NCBI GenBank assembly: GCA_015478765.1
Contig: JADMKR010000070.1
Coordinates: forward strand, 1-34,829
Reading direction: 5' to 3'
DNA: 34,829 nt
DNA from: Flavobacterium sp.
GTDB taxonomy: Bacteria > Bacteroidota > Bacteroidia > Flavobacteriales > Flavobacteriaceae
Shown: in pieces, positions 27,780 through 34,829 of the stretch
Layout: each line of letters starts with the position of its first letter
Numbering within the stretch: position 1 is the stretch's first letter
Position numbers and translations under genes: made by a program
The notes under the pieces: model-generated
Seen by the model: the letters and a program-made list of their open reading frames with translations, nothing else
The model's database searches: none
What the model was told of the DNA's origin: nothing

Positions 27780-28298
27780 TTATATTTTGTTGAGGATTTT
27801 TAAATATTTGAACAGTTCGTCGGTGAAAACCTGATAATTTTCGGCGTCGGTATTGATCATGAAATGATTGAGTTTTTTGTCAACCGATGAAAACCCGACC
27901 TTGAACTTCGCCCGCGATAAATTGGAAACTATCAATAAGGCCGGTTTTTCCTGGTCGTAATAATTGATAAGCAGGTCGAAATCTTTATCGGCAAATTCAC
28001 GGACTTCGGATTTTTCAAAAGTGGCGCGCCAACTCAAATCGCGCGCTGTAAAAACAGGATAATCAAAGCTATCCGATTTTCGTATTTTACTTTTATAAAC
28101 CAACAAATCAACATTCTCTTCCCGAATGCCGTGGCTGGTAAGAGCCGAAATCACCTCGCCTTTGTTGTGAAAGTACGTTTCGTCAACGATGATACCGATA
28201 GTTTTAACTTTCGCACCTGAATCGGCATGGTCAACATTCTCCAAAGCTTTCTTAACTCTTTTTTTTGTGAAAATGTTCTTCAGGTAGTTTAAAAACAT
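27780..28298 (-). CDS. Conserved Bacteroidota hypothetical protein (DUF6913-like)
   Basis: 172-aa ORF 1 bp upstream of dapA; [24 protein letters not shown]. Confidence 0.75.
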   Translation of the reverse strand: MFLNYLKNIFTKKRVKKALENVDHADSGAKVKTIGIIVDETYFHNKGEVISALTSHGIREENVDLLVYKSKIRKSDSFDYPVFTARDLSWRATFEKSEVREFADKDFDLLINYYDQEKPALLIVSNLSRAKFKVGFSSVDKKLNHFMINTDAENYQVFTDELFKYLKILNKI

Positions 28299-28317
28299 AG
28301 TACTTTTACTTGCGACA

Positions 28318-28325
28318 CAAATCTA
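28318..28325 (-). promoter_or_regulatory. -7 promoter element for DUF6913-dapA
   Basis: TAGATTTG on - strand, 19 nt upstream of ATG 28298. Confidence 0.6.
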
Positions 28326-28347
28326 AATAATTACGGATCATTTTTGG

Positions 28348-29121
28348 ATGCCAAAACTAAAAAACTATAACGCCCCTGCGAAACTTTTTGTTTTATTCTT
28401 AACAGTCGCAGTGCAACTTGCCTGCAGCGGCAATCGGTACCATGTACATAAAATTGCAGGCCGCGAAATTCCGGTTACGGCTGAGTTAGGCAGCTCGGAC
28501 ACTGTTGAAGACTTCATCAAACCGTATCGCGATCACATAAATAAAGACTTAAGCATTGTTTTGGCACATGCTCCGCAAACCCTCGACAAAAGCGGGAAAT
28601 GGCAATCGACGCTCGGTAACCTGTTTGCCGATATCGCTTTTCAGCAGGGCAATCCCATCTTCCAGAGCCGGTTTGCCAACAGCATCGACATGATACTTTT
28701 GAATCACGGCGGAATCCGGGCCATATTACCGCAAGGCAATGTGACGGCGCGCAATGCATACCAAATCATGCCTTTTGAGAACAGTCTCGTAGTAATCGAA
28801 CTGAAAGGAAGCCAGATTCAGGAAATCGCCGAATATATCATCAAAGAGAAAAAGCCTCATCCCGTTTCCGGATTGCAGTTTACCATTTCCGGTCAGTCAC
28901 CTAAAAATATCCTTGTGGGTGGCAAACCGCTTGAAATCGACAAAACCTACTTCGTTGGTACAAACGATTACCTGGCAAACGGCGGCGATAACATGACTTT
29001 TTTTGCCAAAGGGACTGCACGCCACGACCTGGATTACAAACTGCGAAATATGCTGATCGATTATTTCAGAAAAACCGACACCATCCCGGTTATCACCGAT
29101 ATTAGAATTATCGAAGAATAA
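28348..29121 (+). CDS. 5'-nucleotidase C-terminal (substrate-binding) domain, lipoprotein
   Basis: VQLAC lipobox; STLGNLFAD, NHGGIRA, MPFENSL, TNDYLANGGD. Confidence 0.9.
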   Translation: MPKLKNYNAPAKLFVLFLTVAVQLACSGNRYHVHKIAGREIPVTAELGSSDTVEDFIKPYRDHINKDLSIVLAHAPQTLDKSGKWQSTLGNLFADIAFQQGNPIFQSRFANSIDMILLNHGGIRAILPQGNVTARNAYQIMPFENSLVVIELKGSQIQEIAEYIIKEKKPHPVSGLQFTISGQSPKNILVGGKPLEIDKTYFVGTNDYLANGGDNMTFFAKGTARHDLDYKLRNMLIDYFRKTDTIPVITDIRIIEE

Positions 29122-29123
29122 GT

Positions 29124-30029
29124 ATGAAAAGACGAACATTTATACAAAAAACTGCGGCAGGCACGGCACTTGCCGGACTTGGGTTACCGCTGACCGGTTT
29201 TACATCAGATGTTAAGCGGCTTACGGTTTTGCATACCAATGACGTTCACAGCTACATTGATCCTTTCCCGGCAGATGATCCACGTAATCCCGACAAAGGT
29301 GGCGTGGCTCGACGCGCCGCATTGATAGAAAGCATTCGAAAGGAAAACCCGAATGTACTGCTGCTCGATGCCGGCGATATTTTCCAGGGAACTCCCTATT
29401 TCAACTACTACGGCGGTGAATTGGAATTCAGGTTGATGAGTATGATGAAGTATGATTTGGCAACCATGGGCAATCATGATTTCGACAACGGCATCGAAGG
29501 ATTTTACGAACAGTTGCCACATGCTTCATTCGGATTTGTGTCGGCCAATTATAATTTTTCCAAAACAATCCTGAACGACATCGTCAAGCCGTATAGGATA
29601 TTTGATAAGAACGGCATTAAAGTGGGCGTTTTCGGTTTAGGGATCGAACTCCACGGTCTTGTCGATAAAAAAAATTATGGGGAAACAGTTTATCTGGATC
29701 CGGTTGCGGTTACCAGGGAGATCGTTTCAGAATTAAAAAACCGGCAAAAATGTGATCTTGTGATCTGCCTGTCACATCTCGGCTATGAATATAAAAACGA
29801 TCCGGCAAAAATTTCAGATGTAAAACTCGCTTCCCTTACCTCTGGCATCGATTTGATTATTGGCGGCCATACGCACACTTTTATGGAACGGCCGGCAGTG
29901 GTTAAAAATGCAGAAGGCGACGATGTAGTCGTTAATCAGGTGGGCTGTTACGGACTTAACTTGGGCCGTATCGATTTCGAATTGAGCGAGAAACCGGTAT
30001 CAGTCGGAGGCCGCAGCATTGTCGTCTGA
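29124..30029 (+). CDS. 5'-nucleotidase N-terminal calcineurin-like metallophosphoesterase, Tat signal
   Basis: MKRRTFIQK twin-arginine; HTNDVHS, DAGD, GNHDFD, LSHLG, GGHTH. Confidence 0.92.
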   Translation: MKRRTFIQKTAAGTALAGLGLPLTGFTSDVKRLTVLHTNDVHSYIDPFPADDPRNPDKGGVARRAALIESIRKENPNVLLLDAGDIFQGTPYFNYYGGELEFRLMSMMKYDLATMGNHDFDNGIEGFYEQLPHASFGFVSANYNFSKTILNDIVKPYRIFDKNGIKVGVFGLGIELHGLVDKKNYGETVYLDPVAVTREIVSELKNRQKCDLVICLSHLGYEYKNDPAKISDVKLASLTSGIDLIIGGHTHTFMERPAVVKNAEGDDVVVNQVGCYGLNLGRIDFELSEKPVSVGGRSIVV

Positions 30030-30689
30030 TCGTTCAGCCACGATTACAAACTGACACAACGCAAAAAATGCAAATACATTCAGCCCCATGGCAAGTGGTC
30101 GCAGAATCGCGGGCGAGAGATGCGACAGGTAATACCGTTCGATAAAAACAATTAACTGCAGCAGTACGAATAACAATCCGCATAACAGCAACCATGAACT
30201 GGCCTTGTTATCAGACATTACATAACTGGACACAGCAATTCCGCCCAGGACTGCTATCAATAAATTTTGGATTATAAGAATGAAGAAACTGTTTTCCGGA
30301 ATTTCGTCGGTGATCAAAAACAAATAGAAAAATATCAGCATAAACGGTATTGTCGCAATTACCATCGGCACCAAGTCATTGATTTTTACCAATAAAGCTA
30401 TCAGGTAAATCACCAACACCCTGTGCACCAGAAATGCGATTATTGCGTAAAAAAGCATTTCGTCGGTATCGGGAATAAAAAGAAGATTGGTTAACAATGA
30501 CAGCGATAACGCTAACACCATCAGCGGATTACGTGTTTCAGACGCCGCCAGATATAAAACTATCAACGTAAGAGGAATCAGAGGCTTGAAGATGATTATA
30601 AGGGGCGTATAAACAAATACTTCGGCTATAACCTCTATACTGGCAATGACGAAGTAAATTATTGTGATTAATTGTACCGGCTTCCCCAT
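30000..30689 (-). CDS. Multi-pass membrane protein, divergent YhhN/lysoplasmalogenase-like
   Basis: About 8 hydrophobic segments, IFKPLIP, AFLVH, LLF; 229 aa. Confidence 0.65.
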   Translation of the reverse strand: MGKPVQLITIIYFVIASIEVIAEVFVYTPLIIIFKPLIPLTLIVLYLAASETRNPLMVLALSLSLLTNLLFIPDTDEMLFYAIIAFLVHRVLVIYLIALLVKINDLVPMVIATIPFMLIFFYLFLITDEIPENSFFILIIQNLLIAVLGGIAVSSYVMSDNKASSWLLLCGLLFVLLQLIVFIERYYLSHLSPAILRPLAMGLNVFAFFALCQFVIVAERSDDNAAASD

Positions 30690-30764
30690 CCGCTTGGTTT
30701 TGGCTAAAGGTATAAAAAAAACGACGCGACCGAAAAATCGACGTGAAATTTAGTAAAAATAGGA

Positions 30765-30820
30765 AGTTAGGAATTAAGAGTTAGGAGTTAGGAGTTAGGA
30801 ATTAGGAGTTAGGGGTTAGG
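30765..30820. repeat. Heptamer tandem repeat (AGTTAGG)x8
   Basis: AGTTAGG AATTAAG AGTTAGG AGTTAGG AGTTAGG AATTAGG AGTTAGG GGTTAGG. Confidence 0.95.
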
Positions 30821-30862
30821 AACGGAAGCCCACCTAGTAAATCCCGGTTTTTATTCATTGAT

Positions 30863-32926
<2,064 letters not shown>

Positions 32927-32959
32927 TTATTATGCAAAGGATAATTCTATTGTATGAAG

Positions 32960-33020
32960 AAAAAAAATGCTTTGCGATACGTTAGTATTTCTACCACAGA
33001 ATATTCGCAAAGCACTCTTT
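32960..33020 (-). terminator. Branched hairpin with U-tract downstream of the orphan gene (terminator-like or structured RNA)
   Basis: TGCTTTGCGA 32968-77 / TCGCAAAGCA 33005-14 perfect 10-bp stem; A8 on the left (T8 on - strand); 27-nt interior with a second small stem. Confidence 0.65.
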
Positions 33021-33053
33021 TAATTGTTGGTGATGATGAATTAAGTCAGTCAA

Positions 33054-34484
33054 TTACCAATTAAACTTCATTAAGCGGAATAAATCTTTATCAGGATTTT
33101 CCTCTAAAACATAAATTCCGTTCTCGAGCACAAAAGCATTATAATTATTTTTCCGGTCTTTCACAGATTTAAAGAATGCATCGACTTTATCTGATGCGAA
33201 TGCGGCAAAGAAGGTATCGACATTAAGACTGTTTCCACCGAAATCCGTTTTATTAGAATAACCCGTAGGAAAGGAACCGCCACGGATTCCGTTCAATTTA
33301 ATGACACTAACGTCGAATTCCGTCTTCTTGTTCTTGAGAACTTCACCATTCAATTCATTGAGCAGGAACATATGAGCGTAATGGTGTTTTGAATTACTGA
33401 TTCGAATGCCCAATTTACCGTCATTAAGTTTGAAGAAAGACAGTTGCGTGTGAAACGATACAGCGTTTTTATTATAATCCTTGTCATTTATTTCATTCTC
33501 AGAATCCCAGATAAGCTGGCCGTCGAAACTGAACTTTTTCACGTAGAAGCCGTTATTTTTCGAGTTGTAAAGATTGGTGTCTTTACTGTTCGTATAAACA
33601 CCGAACACATAATATACTTGCTTTTCCTGGTCAATATAAATATTTCCAGTAGCATTATCAGATAGGCGGTGGGTTGTGGTATTCTGACTGTAAATGATCG
33701 TTGATGACCCGAAACCGCAGTTTGAGGCAGCGAAATATTTCCCGTTGAGCCTCACATCCAACTGCTTAGAAGAAATAAGTTGGCCATCGTAATTATAATT
33801 CAGGATGTTGTAAATGTCAACAGCATTCACCTTATCAAGTTGCTTGTTTACGATATAAAACCCGTCTTTTGTATACGAATGCAGTCCAAATTTGAGTTTC
33901 TCTTCATCGGTAGCAATTTCCGGGATTGGCAGTGTAATAAGTTTTGTCGATTGATCGGAAATACTTCGTCGAAACAGATAAATGTTCGGATCGTCTATTT
34001 TATTTTTCCCTCGTCCGGTACTTGGTTTTTTTCCGAGGTAACACATATAATCATCTGAATAGAAAGTAAAATATGAATGTATCTCGCCGCTTTCATCCTC
34101 GTGTACATAATTTAATTTAGTGGTTTTGCCAGATCGATCGATAATGAGCCTGTCTTCATATGAGACGGCGTATTGTCCGGTTTTAGAAGCGTACAAATCA
34201 TAATATTCAGGCAGATCGTTCATTCCGCCGCCAAAAGAACCGCTAAGGCCTTTATAAGACGTTTCGATATTCTTTTCGTAAGCCAGATTTAAATCGGCAT
34301 CGTAACTATTGATAGTCACATCTGATTTGGCTTTGCCGGTTACGATGTAAAACAGTCCATTTGAAGTGTGTTCCCAACCGACAAATTTGTGTTTTTCGGC
34401 TGGCTTAAATTCGACAGACTTATCTTGCGCAACGCCGGAAAATCCAAGGCCGGCAAAAACCGCCAGACAGATAATTTTTTTCAT
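33054..34484 (-). CDS. Hypothetical secreted beta-rich protein (476 aa)
   Basis: Start reassigned to ATG 34484 (MKKIICLAVFAGLGFSGVAQ signal peptide); recurring Y/F-x-x-DG-x-L turns (NYNYDGQLI, KFSFDGQLIW). Confidence 0.8.
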   Translation of the reverse strand: MKKIICLAVFAGLGFSGVAQDKSVEFKPAEKHKFVGWEHTSNGLFYIVTGKAKSDVTINSYDADLNLAYEKNIETSYKGLSGSFGGGMNDLPEYYDLYASKTGQYAVSYEDRLIIDRSGKTTKLNYVHEDESGEIHSYFTFYSDDYMCYLGKKPSTGRGKNKIDDPNIYLFRRSISDQSTKLITLPIPEIATDEEKLKFGLHSYTKDGFYIVNKQLDKVNAVDIYNILNYNYDGQLISSKQLDVRLNGKYFAASNCGFGSSTIIYSQNTTTHRLSDNATGNIYIDQEKQVYYVFGVYTNSKDTNLYNSKNNGFYVKKFSFDGQLIWDSENEINDKDYNKNAVSFHTQLSFFKLNDGKLGIRISNSKHHYAHMFLLNELNGEVLKNKKTEFDVSVIKLNGIRGGSFPTGYSNKTDFGGNSLNVDTFFAAFASDKVDAFFKSVKDRKNNYNAFVLENGIYVLEENPDKDLFRLMKFNW

Positions 34485-34577
34485 AATATTTTGTTTGCTT
34501 TCCATAGGCGGTAAACATACTCTAAATATGATTAATATTCCTATATAATTGAAAATTCGTCGCTCCCGGTTAAATTA

Positions 34578-34829
34578 TCACACCGATTCTATAATCGTAT
34601 TTATCTGCTTGTAAAGCTGGCCGTCACTCAGAAAAGCGCCTTGTTGGATGAGATGGAAAATATCCAGATTACGGTCGGCGCCAAACTCCTTTTTACCGAC
34701 TTTCATCTCTATAGTATCAGTAAACATATTGTCGCTTAACCATTGCAGGCCTTCACGCGTCAGGAAATCGATTTCAGGTACGAGTGATTTCAGTACGATC
34801 GATTTTACATGCGCGTCGGAACAATGGAA
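34578..34829 (-). CDS. 3' part of a conserved Flavobacteriaceae hypothetical protein (DUF6495-like); not in the ORF track
   Basis: My translation from the window end: FHCSDAHVKSIVLKSLVPEIDFLTREGLQWLSDNMFTDTIEMKVGKKEFGADRNLDIFHLIQQGAFLSDGQLYKQINTIIESV, stop TGA at 34580-34578 followed by TAA. Confidence 0.75.
   Translation of the reverse strand, partial: FHCSDAHVKSIVLKSLVPEIDFLTREGLQWLSDNMFTDTIEMKVGKKEFGADRNLDIFHLIQQGAFLSDGQLYKQINTIIESV

Overview
Mostly core chromosome of a Flavobacterium-like Bacteroidota. The assignment rests on TAnnTTTG promoters, A-rich translation starts without SD, T9SS C-terminal sorting domains, rprXY and the bamD-rpoZ-coaBC-porD-recN order. Left arm (+): Gfo/Idh/MocA oxidoreductase (5'-truncated), 3-hydroxybutyryl-CoA dehydrogenase, DUF1015, yggS, DEDDh/GIY-YIG nuclease, K+ channel, miaA, lipoprotein, beta-barrel protein and acyl-ACP thioesterase. 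Long (-) arm, in transcription order: DUF6913-like, dapA, bamD, rpoZ, coaBC, porD, recN, fabV, two tandem modular T9SS-secreted proteins, GT2, coaE, rprX and rprY. Right end: split 5'-nucleotidase (+), YhhN-like protein, ligA, an orphan secreted protein and a partial DUF6495-like gene. I saw no rRNA, tRNA, CRISPR array, transposase or integrase. I cannot claim a clearly new system. The best candidates are (i) a pair of T9SS proteins with a shared C-terminal module, related terminators and related promoter regions but different N-terminal arrays, lying with fabV between two identical 14-mers; (ii) a ~140-bp GC-rich long-hairpin element before miaA; (iii) an (AGTTAGG)8 heptamer tract after ligA; (iv) a branched hairpin upstream of ligA; (v) a YIG->FIG change in the GIY-YIG domain. 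Family names come from motif recognition by eye, not from database searches.
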